Part shown: positions 52,275 through 62,548 of the stretch, one piece after another
Layout of the letters: each line of letters opens with the position of its first letter
Position numbering within the stretch: position 1 is the first letter of the stretch
Source: Acidimicrobiales bacterium
Lineage (GTDB): Bacteria > Actinomycetota > Acidimicrobiia > Acidimicrobiales > Aldehydirespiratoraceae
Direction: 5' to 3'
Assembly: GCA_049437325.1 (NCBI GenBank)
Contig: JBMTIM010000001.1
Span: 80,738 to 144,737 of the forward strand
DNA: 64,000 nt
Notes under the pieces: model-generated
What the model was told of the DNA's origin: nothing
Database searches by the model: none
What the model saw: the letters and a program-made list of their open reading frames with translations, nothing else
Translations under genes and position numbers: made by a program

Positions 52275-52297
52275 TTTCTGTCGTCCAAGGAGGAACC

Positions 52298-53497
52298 ATG
52301 GCTGACGCCGTCATCGTCTCCACATCCCGTACTCCCATCGGCCGAGCCAACAAGGGTTCACTCGTCGATGCCCGACCCGACGACCTCTCGGCCCACACGC
52401 TGAGCGACGTCATGGCCAAGGTCGACCTGGATCCGAACGAGGTCGAGGACGTCATCTGGGGCATCGGTCAGCCTGGGGGCGAAGGCGGTTACAACATCGC
52501 ACGCGTGATCTCCGCCCAGCAGGGCCTCGATCTCCCCGGCGTCACCGTCAACCGTTACTGCTCGTCATCGCTGCAGACGATCCGCATGGCAGCACATGCC
52601 ATCATGGCCGGTGAAGGTGACTGCTTCGTCGCCGGTGGTGTCGAGACCGTCAGCCGCTACCTGTACGGCGCGTCGGACACCGGTCCTCACAACGAGGTGT
52701 TCGCCGATGCCGAGGCCCGCACCGCCGAGCGTTCTGCCGGTGGTGCCGACACCTGGCAGCCGCCGTCCGGCGTGCCCGACATCTACATCGCGATGGGTCA
52801 GACGGCCGAGAACGTGGCGCAACACACCGGCATCAGTCGCGAACGCCAGGACGAGTGGGGAGTGTCGTCCCAGAACCGAGCCGAAGCCGCCCTCGCTCGT
52901 GGCTTCTTCGAACGCGAGATCACGCCGTACACGCGGCCCGACGGGACCGTCGTCAGCCACGACGACGGCATCCGGCCCGGCACCACGATCGACAAGGTCC
53001 GTCAGCTTCAGCCGGTGTTTCGTCCCGACGGCACCGTGACCGCCGGCAACGCCTGCCCCCTCAACGACGGCGCTGCCGCCGTGCTCGTCATGAGCGACAC
53101 CAAGGCCAAGGCCATGGGCCTCGACCCGATCGCCCGCATCATCTCCAGCGGCGTCTCGGCCCTCAACCCGGAGATCATGGGGCTGGGTCCGATCGAGGCC
53201 TGCCGCCAGGCCATGGCACGAGCCGGGATGACGATCGCCGACATCGACCTTGTCGAGATCAACGAGGCGTTCGCAGTGCAGGTGCTCGGATCCGCCGATG
53301 CACTCGGGATCGACCTCGACAGGCTCAACCCCAACGGGGGTGCGATCGCCCTCGGGCACCCGTTCGGCATGACCGGTGCTCGCATCATGACGACATTGCT
53401 CAACGGCCTCGAAGATGCCGGAGCCACCATCGGCATGGAGTCGATGTGCGTGGGTGGCGGCCAAGGCATGGCCATGATCGTCGAGCGTCTCAACTGA
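52298..53497 (+). CDS. Acetyl-CoA C-acyltransferase (thiolase)
   Basis: Track ORF 52253..53497. Start at MADAVIVSTSRTPIGRA (ATG 52298), preceded by AAGGAGG. Motifs NRYCSSSLQ, NEAFA and GGGQGMAMIVERL. Confidence 0.95.
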   Translation: MADAVIVSTSRTPIGRANKGSLVDARPDDLSAHTLSDVMAKVDLDPNEVEDVIWGIGQPGGEGGYNIARVISAQQGLDLPGVTVNRYCSSSLQTIRMAAHAIMAGEGDCFVAGGVETVSRYLYGASDTGPHNEVFADAEARTAERSAGGADTWQPPSGVPDIYIAMGQTAENVAQHTGISRERQDEWGVSSQNRAEAALARGFFEREITPYTRPDGTVVSHDDGIRPGTTIDKVRQLQPVFRPDGTVTAGNACPLNDGAAAVLVMSDTKAKAMGLDPIARIISSGVSALNPEIMGLGPIEACRQAMARAGMTIADIDLVEINEAFAVQVLGSADALGIDLDRLNPNGGAIALGHPFGMTGARIMTTLLNGLEDAGATIGMESMCVGGGQGMAMIVERLN

Positions 53498-53571
53498 GCG
53501 CCACCGAGCGGTTCGACTGCGTCCGACGACACGAAGCCGTCGATCCGATCTTCGAGTGATCTTCGCCTCGT

Positions 53572-54039
53572 TCAGCCGAGAGCGGCGATGACGTCGTCGG
53601 GAGCTTGGACGAGTTCGATCAGCACACCCTCACCACTCAGCGGGAACTCTTCGTTGCCCTTGGGGTGTACGAACACGATGTCGTGGCCGGCGGCACCGGG
53701 ACGAATACCGCCCGGAGTGAACCGCATACCGCGCTCCGTCAACCACTCGACCGCAGCCTCGAGGTCATCGACCCACAGTCCGAGATGGTTGAGAGCCGGA
53801 TCGTGGACCCGGGGACGCGACGCAGGATCGAGGGGCTGCATGAGATCGATCTCGACTGCGTGCGATCCCGAACCGAGGCGAAGGATGTCCTCCTGCACAT
53901 TCTCCGCCTCGCTCGTGTAGTCGCTCACCTTCTCGACCCCGAGGGTGTCGACCCACAGACGACTGAGCGCAGCGAGGTCGAGGCCGCCGATGGCGACTTG
54001 TTGCAGACCGAGGACACGGAACGGACGATTGCTGCTCAT
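53572..54039 (-). CDS. VOC-family (glyoxalase/methylmalonyl-CoA-epimerase-like) protein
   Basis: Last 155 codons of track ORF 53572..54213. Start at [18 protein letters not shown] (CAT 54037-54039). [18 protein letters not shown]. Confidence 0.8.
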   Translation of the reverse strand: MSSNRPFRVLGLQQVAIGGLDLAALSRLWVDTLGVEKVSDYTSEAENVQEDILRLGSGSHAVEIDLMQPLDPASRPRVHDPALNHLGLWVDDLEAAVEWLTERGMRFTPGGIRPGAAGHDIVFVHPKGNEEFPLSGEGVLIELVQAPDDVIAALG

Positions 54040-54074
54040 CGGTCGCACCCTACCGATCCCGTGACCGCTGAGGC

Positions 54075-54094
54075 GTCCCTGCCCCATCAGGGAC
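54075..54094. promoter_or_regulatory. Inverted repeat GTCCCTG-N6-CAGGGAC in VOC/HerA-like divergent region
   Basis: 7-bp perfect arms, seen directly. Function unknown. Confidence 0.3.
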
Positions 54095-54129
54095 AGGAGT
54101 ACGCTCGCAAGCAAGCCTCCAAAGGAATC

Positions 54130-56499
54130 ATGAGTACCGACGACCTGATCGACGACACCGAACACTTCTACCTCGGACCCTTCTCCGACAACGACGGCGA
54201 CGGCAATCTGCACTACGAGTCATCCGATCTCACGACCCATGGCGTGATCGTCGGCATGACCGGCTCCGGAAAGACCGGCCTCGGCATGGTCATGCTCGAG
54301 GAGGCTCTGCTCGACGGTATTCCCTGTCTGATCATCGATCCCAAGGGCGACATGGGCAATCTGTCGATGGTTTCTGCGACATTCGACGCTGCCGACTTCG
54401 CGCCCTGGGTCACCGAAGGACTCGACCCGGCTGCGGCAGCCGCACAGTGGAAGGACGGCACCGCCCGATCCGGTATCGACGGTGACCGGATGGCTGCGCT
54501 TGCCGCCGTCGAGACGACCATCTACACGCCCGGCTCGAGCGCAGGGGTGTCACTCAACGTCATCGGCGATCTCCGTGCCCCCGCCGACATGAGCGATGTC
54601 GAATCCGTACGCGACGAGATCGACGGACTCGTCCAGGGCCTACTCGGCCTGGTCGGCGTTCGATCGGATCCGCTCTCGGGACGCGAACACGTCCTGCTCG
54701 CAAATCTTGTCAACCACGCCTGGACCAACGCCGAGAGCCTCGACCTCGCTGGCCTCATCGGGTGGATCCAGGCACCACCCATGCGCAAGCTCGGCGTGAT
54801 CGACCTCGACACCTTCTTTCCGGCCGACGATCGCACGGCACTGGCGATGAAGCTCAACAGCCTGCTCGCCTCACCCTCGTTCGCAGCGTGGGCCGATGGC
54901 GAACCGCTCGACATCGAATCGATGCTCGTCACCGCTGACGGCCGACCGCGTGCCGCCGTGGTGTCGATCGCCCACCTGAGCGACGACGAGCGTCAATTCG
55001 TCGTGACCCTGGTGCTGTCAAAGCTGGTGACATGGATGCGCTCTCAGTCCGGAAGCCCGAAGCTCCGGGCTCTGGTCTACATGGACGAGGTCTTCGGATT
55101 CGTCCCGCCGACCGCATCGCCGCCGGCCAAAAAGCCCATTCTCACAGTCCTCAAGCAGGCACGAGCGTTCGGCGTGGGCATGGTGCTGTCCACCCAGAAC
55201 CCCGTCGACCTCGACTACAAGGCGATCAGCAACGCCGGTACCTGGCTGATCGGCAGGCTCCAGACCGAGCGAGACCGGGATCGTCTCCTCGACGGGATGC
55301 GGAGTGCGGGTGGCACGGTCGACGTGAGCGCACTTGCCGACACAATCGGCAACCTCGACAAACGCGAGTTCGTCTTGCACTCGACCCGCAGCAGCAGGCC
55401 GCGCCGGTTCAGCACTCGGTGGGCGATGTCGTACATGACCGGTCCACTCACCCGCGAGCAGATCGCAGGCCTGATGGCCGATCAGCGGGCCCTGACATCG
55501 ACACCTGCGTCGGCCACCTCGGCCGATACCGCCCCGCCCGAGGCCGTGGAACTCGCCGACGACGAATCGGCGGTCGCCCCCGATGTCGCCGACGGGATTC
55601 CCGTCGCCTATCTGGATCCCGCTGCCGGCTGGGCTGCTGCAGCAGGCGCAACAATCGGAGGTGGTCGCCTGCAGGCCGCCATCGCCGCCCGTGTCCATCT
55701 TCTTTTCGACGACACGAAGGGCGACCTGCGCCACGAGGCAGCGTGGGAAGCGATCATTGTCCCACTCGGAACCGACATCGACGGGGCCGACTTCGTGGCC
55801 GTCGACTTCGACGATCGCGACCTTCGCCCGAAACCCCCGGAGGGAGCGATCTATGTCTTGCCCGAGGCCAAGATCCACACCAAGACGTTCTTCTCGAATG
55901 CCCAGCGAGCACTGAAGGACCAGCTTTATCGGTCAGCATCGCTGTCACTGTTCCGCAACGATGCACTGAAGCTCTACAGCCGGGTCGATGAGCGCGAGCA
56001 CGACTTCGCCGAGCGCTGCCGCATCGAGGCCGACAGGCGCCTCGACGAGGAGGCCGACGAACTTCGCGCTGCGATGCAGCGGAAACAGGAGCGGGTGCAG
56101 GCAGCCGTCGCCAAGGCCGAGGACCGACTTCGGGAACTCGAGGCCGACGCAAGCGATCGCAAGCGAAGCGAGGTGCTGTCGGGCGCGGTGGACATCATCG
56201 GCGGACTGTTCGGCGGAAGGCGATCGGCTCGCAGCATCCTCGGCGGCGTTCGACGTGCCTCCGACAAGCGCCGCACCACCGCCAACGCGTCGAATCGAGT
56301 CGAGTCGGCCAAGAACCGACTCGACGAGAAGATCGATGAACTCGAGGATCTCGCCGATGCATTGGTCGAGTCGCTCGAAGCGGCAGCCGATGCGTGGGAC
56401 GAGGCAGCCGAGTCGATCGAACCGTTCGAGGTGAGACTGGAGAAGACCGACATCACCGTCGAGGACTTCACCTTGGTCTGGGTGCCGACATCACGCTGA
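54130..56499 (+). CDS. HerA/FtsK-like P-loop ATPase (DUF87/DUF853-like) with long C-terminal coiled-coil region
   Basis: Last 789 codons of track ORF 53605..56499. Start at MSTDDLIDD (ATG 54130). Walker [11 protein letters not shown], Walker [21 protein letters not shown]. The C-terminal ~200 aa are Glu/Arg/Ala-rich heptad-like sequence. Confidence 0.75.
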   Translation: MSTDDLIDDTEHFYLGPFSDNDGDGNLHYESSDLTTHGVIVGMTGSGKTGLGMVMLEEALLDGIPCLIIDPKGDMGNLSMVSATFDAADFAPWVTEGLDPAAAAAQWKDGTARSGIDGDRMAALAAVETTIYTPGSSAGVSLNVIGDLRAPADMSDVESVRDEIDGLVQGLLGLVGVRSDPLSGREHVLLANLVNHAWTNAESLDLAGLIGWIQAPPMRKLGVIDLDTFFPADDRTALAMKLNSLLASPSFAAWADGEPLDIESMLVTADGRPRAAVVSIAHLSDDERQFVVTLVLSKLVTWMRSQSGSPKLRALVYMDEVFGFVPPTASPPAKKPILTVLKQARAFGVGMVLSTQNPVDLDYKAISNAGTWLIGRLQTERDRDRLLDGMRSAGGTVDVSALADTIGNLDKREFVLHSTRSSRPRRFSTRWAMSYMTGPLTREQIAGLMADQRALTSTPASATSADTAPPEAVELADDESAVAPDVADGIPVAYLDPAAGWAAAAGATIGGGRLQAAIAARVHLLFDDTKGDLRHEAAWEAIIVPLGTDIDGADFVAVDFDDRDLRPKPPEGAIYVLPEAKIHTKTFFSNAQRALKDQLYRSASLSLFRNDALKLYSRVDEREHDFAERCRIEADRRLDEEADELRAAMQRKQERVQAAVAKAEDRLRELEADASDRKRSEVLSGAVDIIGGLFGGRRSARSILGGVRRASDKRRTTANASNRVESAKNRLDEKIDELEDLADALVESLEAAADAWDEAAESIEPFEVRLEKTDITVEDFTLVWVPTSR

Positions 56500-56555
56500 C
56501 TGCGCAGCGTCCATCGATCGCCTTCCCCCCAACCCCTTCACTAGGGTCGCACCAC

Positions 56556-57776
56556 ATGGAGCCGATCGACCCGCGACCACTCGACATCCTCGATGGCGAC
56601 TTCTACGTCGACGGCGACACCTACGCAAAGTACGCCTGGATGCGCGAGCACGCGCCATGCCTCTGGGACGACGTCAACGAGTTGTGGATCATCTCTCGTT
56701 ACGACGACATCGTTGCGGTGGAGAAGAACAAACAGGTCTTCATCAACTCCGACCGAGAGAAGGGCGGCTACCGGCCCAACATTCCCGCCGACCGGTCGAT
56801 CATCGGCACCGACGACCCCCTCCACACCGCGCGGCGACACCTCATCTCTCGCCGATTCACGCCGCGGGCGGTCGCACAGTGGGAGCACGACGTCACCACG
56901 GCGGTCGACGCGCTGCTCGACCCAGTACTCGCACGGGGCCGTGGCGAGATCGTTGCCGAGCTGGCTGCGCCGCTTCCTGCCCAGATGATCGGGTTGCTGC
57001 TCGGGTTTCCGACCGAGATGTGGTCGATGCTCCAGCATTGGTCGGAAACCACGATCGCGCTCGGCGGCGGGCCTCGCTACCACCAGGAGGAAGGCATCAT
57101 CTCGGCGATGGAGTTCGCTGGCGCCTGCGCCGAACTCTACGAGCACAAAAAGGCCGACATCGCCGACGGCTGCCCGTTGGACGATGTCATGTCGCAGTGG
57201 GTCGGGATCGAGATCGAAACCGGTGGCACCGTCGGGGGCGAGCCATTCGGCCTCGATCAGATCATTTCGGATTGCCTCCTCGTCCTCGATGGTGGGGCCG
57301 AGACCACCCGGACCGTCATCGCCCGAACGCTCCTCGAACTGGCCGATCGATCCGATCAATGGACCGCACTCAAAGACGGCGCCGACATCGATGTCGCAGT
57401 GGAAGAGTTCATCCGATGGGTCACTCCGATCCACAATTTCTGTCGCGTCGCCACCGAAGACGTCGAACTACATGGTCACACCATCCGCGCCGGCCAACAG
57501 GTTCTGCTGGCATACGGGGCTGCGAATCGTGATCCGTCACACTTCACCGATCCCGAGACGTTCGACATCAGCCGCACCCCGAACCACCATCTCTCCTTCG
57601 GCTTCGGCACGCACTTCTGTCTTGGGGCTTCGCTCGCCCGGCTCGAGATCCGAACCTTCTTCGACCGACTTCGGCAGCGGGTCGACACAATCGAACCGAT
57701 CGCCGGGTCGCCTCATGTCGAGATGCCGAATGCGTTCGTCTACGGCCTGAAAGAAGCCCACCTTGCCTTCCGCTGA
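56556..57776 (+). CDS. Cytochrome P450
   Basis: Track ORF 56394..57776. Start at MEPIDPRPLD (ATG 56556). Motifs AGAETT-like DGGAETTR, EEFIRW and the heme loop FGFGTHFCLGASLAR. Confidence 0.9.
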   Translation: MEPIDPRPLDILDGDFYVDGDTYAKYAWMREHAPCLWDDVNELWIISRYDDIVAVEKNKQVFINSDREKGGYRPNIPADRSIIGTDDPLHTARRHLISRRFTPRAVAQWEHDVTTAVDALLDPVLARGRGEIVAELAAPLPAQMIGLLLGFPTEMWSMLQHWSETTIALGGGPRYHQEEGIISAMEFAGACAELYEHKKADIADGCPLDDVMSQWVGIEIETGGTVGGEPFGLDQIISDCLLVLDGGAETTRTVIARTLLELADRSDQWTALKDGADIDVAVEEFIRWVTPIHNFCRVATEDVELHGHTIRAGQQVLLAYGAANRDPSHFTDPETFDISRTPNHHLSFGFGTHFCLGASLARLEIRTFFDRLRQRVDTIEPIAGSPHVEMPNAFVYGLKEAHLAFR

Positions 57777-60243
57777 TGCACGGGTTGCCCCGTCGCTGAT
57801 CGATCACCTTCCCCTCGACCCGTCCCCCGAGAACCTGCTGCTCGCCGTTCTCGAATGGGCCGACGGGCAAGGACTGGAGTTGTACCCCCACCAGGAGGAA
57901 GCGATCGTCTCGATCTTCTCGGGCGACAACGTCGTCCTGGCAACACCCACCGGAAGCGGGAAATCGCTGGTTGCGCTGGCCGGAGCGTTTGCGATGGTCG
58001 CACAGTCCAAACGAGCGGTCTATACGGCTCCCATCAAGGCCCTCGTGAGTGAGAAGTTCTTCGAAATGGTCGACGCGTTGGGGGCCGACAATGTCGGCAT
58101 GGTCACCGGCGATGCAGCCGTGAACGCAAACGCCCCAGTGGTCGTGTGCACAGCGGAAATCCTCGCCAATCGGGCGCTGCGGGAAGGAGCCGATACCGAG
58201 GTCGACCTGGTCGTGATGGACGAATTCCACTACTACGGCGACCGAGACAGGGGGTGGGCGTGGCAGGTTCCCCTGCTCGAGTTGTCGAAGCCCAACTTCT
58301 TGCTGATGTCGGCGACGCTGGGTGACACAGCCCGACTCCGGGGCGACCTGTCGGATCGCACCGAACGAGAGACGGTACTGGTCGCCCAGGCCGAGCGGCC
58401 CGTGCCTCTCGATTTCACCTATCGGGAGACGACGCTGCTCGAGACGATCGGTGAACTGCTCGACGAGGGCAAGCAGCCGATCTACATCGTCCACTTCACC
58501 CAGAAGGACGCCACCGCCCGAGCGCAGAGCCTCACGAGCCTCGACGTGCTCGACAGGGACGAAAAGGAAGCCGTCAAGAACGCTGTCGGCGGTTTTCGCT
58601 TCGACACTCCGGTTGGCAAGGATCTCAGGCGGTTCGTGTTGGCGGGCATCGGTGTGCACCATGCCGGGCTCCTCCCGAAGTACCGGCTCCTCGTCGAGAA
58701 ACTTGCCCAGCAGGGCCTGCTGAAGCTGATCTGCGGGACCGACACCCTCGGTGTCGGCATCAACGTCCCCATCCGGACCGTCCTGTTCACCCAGCTCTGC
58801 AAGTACGACGGCCGACGGGTCCGAGTCCTCAACGTGCGCGAGTTTCAACAGATTGCCGGTCGGGCCGGTCGGCGGGGCTTCGACACTGCCGGGTCCGTCG
58901 TCGTGCAGGCCCCCGAACACGTCGTCGAGAACAAAAAGGCCGAGGCCAAAGCGGCAACCGATCCGAAAAAGAAGAAGAAGCTCGTGAAACGCAAGCCGCC
59001 CGAGCGGGGCTACGCCCACTGGGATGGCGACACCCTCGCCCGCCTCAGCGCCGGACAGCCCGAAACACTGTCATCGAGCTTCACCGTCAGCCACGCACTG
59101 ATGCTCAACGTGCTCGACCGTCCGGGCGACGGATGTGCGGCCATGCGTCGGCTGCTGGTCGACAACCACGAGACCCGCAAGAACCAGCGAGCACACATTC
59201 GTCGATCCATTGCGGTGTACCGCAGTCTCATCGATGCCGACGTGCTCGAGGTCCTGGATGAACCCGACGAACAGGGCCGTCCGGTGCGAATCAACCTCGA
59301 CCTTCAGGACGACTTCCGGCTCAACCAACCGCTGTCGCTGTTCGCACTCGAAGCCATAGCCGCACTCGACCGCGATGCACCCGATCTCGCATGGCAACTG
59401 CTGAGTGTGATCGAGTCGGTACTCGACGACCCGATGGTGATCCTGCTCGCGCAACTCGACAGAGCGAAGGACGCCCTCATCTCCGAGTTGAAGCGAGACG
59501 GTGTCGAGTACGAACAGCGGATGGAACAACTCGAGCAGGTCTCCTGGCCCAAGCCCGAAGCGGACTTCCTCGAGACCGCCTTCGACGTGTTCCGGCGTCA
59601 TCATCCATGGGTCGGGCAGGATCGGGTCAGCCCGAAGTCGGTGGTCCGCGACATGCTCGAACACGCAGAAACCTTCAATCAGTACGTCGCCCGGTACGGG
59701 CTCAAGCGATCGGAAGGTGCTGTGTTGCGGTATCTGACCGACTGCTACAAGGCGATGATCCAGACCGTTCCGGTCGACATCGAGAGCGCCGAGTTCGATG
59801 ATCTGACCGAATGGCTCGGCGAGATGATCCGGCGAGTCGATTCCAGCTTGCTCGACGAGTGGGAACGGCTCCGTGCTCCCGGCGACGAAGACCACCCGGT
59901 CGATCCGCCTCCGCCTGCAAACCTCACGGCGAACAGACGGGCCTTCTCCGTTCTCGTGCGAAACGAAATGTTCCGCCTCCTGACCGAGATCGCCCATGGC
60001 CGCCCCGGCGACCTGGCTGACGACATCGCTGCGTATTGGGAGGAGCACAACCTCATTCATCTCGATGCGGACGCTCGCTCGGCGGAGTTCATCGACATCG
60101 ACCTCGATGCTGGACTTGCAACACAGATCATCTGCGACCCCGAGGGCCACAACGAGTGGATCCTCGAGGCAGAGATCGATCTCGAATCGTCGGATTCAGA
60201 AGACCGAGCTGTCGTGATTCCGGTCAGCATCCGGCGACGGTGA
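57763..60243 (+). CDS. DEAD/DEAH-box (Ski2-like) helicase with DUF3516-type C-terminal domain
   Basis: Track ORF, 826 aa. TTG start overlaps the P450 end. Motifs ATPTGSGKS, VMDEFHYYGD, MSATLG and IGVHHAGLLP. Long C-terminal region as in actinobacterial DUF3516 helicases. Confidence 0.85.
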   Translation: MPSADARVAPSLIDHLPLDPSPENLLLAVLEWADGQGLELYPHQEEAIVSIFSGDNVVLATPTGSGKSLVALAGAFAMVAQSKRAVYTAPIKALVSEKFFEMVDALGADNVGMVTGDAAVNANAPVVVCTAEILANRALREGADTEVDLVVMDEFHYYGDRDRGWAWQVPLLELSKPNFLLMSATLGDTARLRGDLSDRTERETVLVAQAERPVPLDFTYRETTLLETIGELLDEGKQPIYIVHFTQKDATARAQSLTSLDVLDRDEKEAVKNAVGGFRFDTPVGKDLRRFVLAGIGVHHAGLLPKYRLLVEKLAQQGLLKLICGTDTLGVGINVPIRTVLFTQLCKYDGRRVRVLNVREFQQIAGRAGRRGFDTAGSVVVQAPEHVVENKKAEAKAATDPKKKKKLVKRKPPERGYAHWDGDTLARLSAGQPETLSSSFTVSHALMLNVLDRPGDGCAAMRRLLVDNHETRKNQRAHIRRSIAVYRSLIDADVLEVLDEPDEQGRPVRINLDLQDDFRLNQPLSLFALEAIAALDRDAPDLAWQLLSVIESVLDDPMVILLAQLDRAKDALISELKRDGVEYEQRMEQLEQVSWPKPEADFLETAFDVFRRHHPWVGQDRVSPKSVVRDMLEHAETFNQYVARYGLKRSEGAVLRYLTDCYKAMIQTVPVDIESAEFDDLTEWLGEMIRRVDSSLLDEWERLRAPGDEDHPVDPPPPANLTANRRAFSVLVRNEMFRLLTEIAHGRPGDLADDIAAYWEEHNLIHLDADARSAEFIDIDLDAGLATQIICDPEGHNEWILEAEIDLESSDSEDRAVVIPVSIRRR

Positions 60244-60319
60244 CCGCTGCGGCCGGCGATGACCATGACGCATCAGCCGGGAACTACGCTCGGCGACTCG
60301 AACAGCGAGGAGTGCCACG

Positions 60320-61159
60320 ATGGGGTCGATCAGCGGCTATTCGGTTCTGATCACGGGAGGTGGGAGCGGAATCGGCGAAGCGACCGCACACAAATTGGCG
60401 GCGGACGGGGCTGATGTCACCATCTGCGGTCGCACCGAGGACAAGCTCCTCGGAGCGGTCGAGCGGATTCGGGTGGTCGCCGCCGACGGCGTCGTCGTGC
60501 AGCATGTGGTTGCTGACGTCACCGACGAAAGAGCCGTAGAGGAGGCCGTCATGGCCGCCGCCGATCGTCGCGGTCGACTCGACGGACTCTTCGCCTGTGC
60601 CGGTGGCTCGACCGGTATCGGTCCACTCGCCACGAGCGATGTGGACACCATCCGCGCCACGATGGAACTCAACTACATCGGTACCTTCCTGTGCATCAAG
60701 CACGGTGGGCGACAGATGGCTCGGCAAGGCGGTGGGGGTTCGATCATCGGCTGCTCGTCACATGCCGGCAGCGATACGTTCCGATGCCTCGGTGCCTACG
60801 GAGCAGCCAAGGCAGGGCTCGATCACCTGTGTCGAACTGCAGCCGACGAGATGGGCACGTTCGGTGTGCGGGTGAACTCGGTACAGCCCGGCATCGTCGG
60901 CACCGACCTCATGGCCCCGATCACCTCGGGTGGACGGCTTCTCGACGACTACATCCCGCAGATTCCACTCGGCCGAATCGGTCGACCCGAGGAGATCGCC
61001 GAGATGGTGCGCTTTCTGATCGGCCCCGAGTCATCGTGGATCACGGGTCAGAACTTCGCCGTCGACGGCGGCCAGAACCTTCGCCGCGGTGCTGACTACG
61101 GCGAACTGTTGCGCGACTTCGGCACAGATCCGATGAGCGACATCGCACCCGACGCCTGA
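60320..61159 (+). CDS. SDR-family oxidoreductase
   Basis: Track ORF, 279 aa. TGGGSGIG, YGAAK catalytic motif. GAGGAG SD. Confidence 0.9.
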   Translation: MGSISGYSVLITGGGSGIGEATAHKLAADGADVTICGRTEDKLLGAVERIRVVAADGVVVQHVVADVTDERAVEEAVMAAADRRGRLDGLFACAGGSTGIGPLATSDVDTIRATMELNYIGTFLCIKHGGRQMARQGGGGSIIGCSSHAGSDTFRCLGAYGAAKAGLDHLCRTAADEMGTFGVRVNSVQPGIVGTDLMAPITSGGRLLDDYIPQIPLGRIGRPEEIAEMVRFLIGPESSWITGQNFAVDGGQNLRRGADYGELLRDFGTDPMSDIAPDA

Positions 61160-62548
61160 TCAGCGACGAACGACTCGCACGAGGTCGGGAGGGAGCAGGA
61201 ACCCCCCGTCGCCGCCAGGGTGGAAGTCGACGACATCGAGTACGGCGTCGACACCAAGCGCGCCGTACAGATGTGGAAAATATTCGTCTGTGCCAGTTCC
61301 CGGCTCCCAGACGAGGGCATCGGCAACAAGATGTGCGTCGATCACCAGGGCCACGAGGTCGGTCCGGCCCCGGTAGAAGCGATTCGCTGGGGTCAGAACC
61401 TGATGGAGCGCACTGCAGTGAATGAATCCGTCGGAAGCGAACTCGGCGGGCAGGTACGCACCTGATACTCGAGCAGCCTCCCATCGTTCACGCGTAGCAA
61501 GATGCACGATCCGGGGCACCGCCACGTCCCACCCGTTGCGGACCCGGCCGACCAGTTCAGCTCGGTCGGGGCCGGGAAGGAACGCTCCCACGGCGGCGCG
61601 CTCTGCCCACGCTGCGTGCTCGACGGTGCTGACCCCGAGCGACTCGGTCACCCGCCGCAGTTCGCGGCGCGCCGATGTTGTGGTGATCGAACGGTCATCG
61701 GGATTGAGACAGAGACGGAAGCCGGCATCGGCAAGCATTCGCAGCGGGTGATCGACAACCGGACATCCGAGACTTTCATTGGAGGTCGGACAGATCTCGA
61801 GCAACGTACCGGCATCGCGCAGGGCCGTGGCCACCGAGCCGAGGGCCACGATGCGCCCGTCGTCGACGGTGCAGTCGTCGATCACCCGCCAGCCATGGCC
61901 GATACGCGGCGGATTGCACGCGTCGAGGGCGGCTTGGATCTGGTGAACGCCGTCCATCTCCCCGGCATGAATCGTGACGCCGAGGCCTGCGCGCTGCGCC
62001 CGTTCCAGCGCCGGAGCATGATCGGTGGCCGGGTGATTCATCTCGAGCCCGGCCAGATCCACCCCGACCACCCGACCCCCCGCTGCCGCGATCGCCGCGT
62101 CGACAGCTTGGTCGGTCACCGGCAGCGGTTGGTCGCGCATGGCACAGACGATGAGCGTCGCCGAGAGACCGGTCGACGCCTCGGCTGCCTCGAGTCCGGC
62201 TTCCACCGCTGCAATGACCTCTGACGCAGCAAGGCCACCAAGCGTGTGGAGCAGGGGCGCGAAGCGGAGTTCGGCATGGATCACGCCGTCGGCGGCAAGA
62301 TCCTCGACCGCCTCGATCGCCACCCGCCGCAGTGCCTCAGGCGTCTGAAGCACCTTCCCGACAAGATCGAAACGGCCGAACGCCTCGGCGACGGGAAGGT
62401 CGGGGGTGATCGTCATCCATCCGGCAAGCTCGTCGACATCGTCTGCAGGAGTCGAAATCCCGTATCGGTGCGCGAGTTCGAGCACGGTTGCCGGACGAAC
62501 CCCGCCATCGAGGTGATCGTGCAGGACGACGATTGGACCGCGGGTCAC
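61160..62548 (-). CDS. add: Adenosine deaminase fused in-frame to a C-terminal DUF952 domain
   Basis: Last 462 codons of track ORF 61160..63088. GTG start at 62548 overlaps the upstream stop (GTGA). ADA motifs VVLHDHLDGG, TIHAGE and CLNPDD. Then, with no stop, a DUF952-like domain IVHLATRERWEAARVSGAYLPAEFASDGFIHCS...EYFPHLYGAL. Confidence 0.8.
   Translation of the reverse strand: MTRGPIVVLHDHLDGGVRPATVLELAHRYGISTPADDVDELAGWMTITPDLPVAEAFGRFDLVGKVLQTPEALRRVAIEAVEDLAADGVIHAELRFAPLLHTLGGLAASEVIAAVEAGLEAAEASTGLSATLIVCAMRDQPLPVTDQAVDAAIAAAGGRVVGVDLAGLEMNHPATDHAPALERAQRAGLGVTIHAGEMDGVHQIQAALDACNPPRIGHGWRVIDDCTVDDGRIVALGSVATALRDAGTLLEICPTSNESLGCPVVDHPLRMLADAGFRLCLNPDDRSITTTSARRELRRVTESLGVSTVEHAAWAERAAVGAFLPGPDRAELVGRVRNGWDVAVPRIVHLATRERWEAARVSGAYLPAEFASDGFIHCSALHQVLTPANRFYRGRTDLVALVIDAHLVADALVWEPGTGTDEYFPHLYGALGVDAVLDVVDFHPGGDGGFLLPPDLVRVVRR

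Noticed and set aside
57568-59019. 483-aa minus-strand ORF opposite the P450 3' end and the DUF3516 helicase
   Set aside because: It is an antisense artefact, since the helicase motifs on the plus strand are unambiguous.
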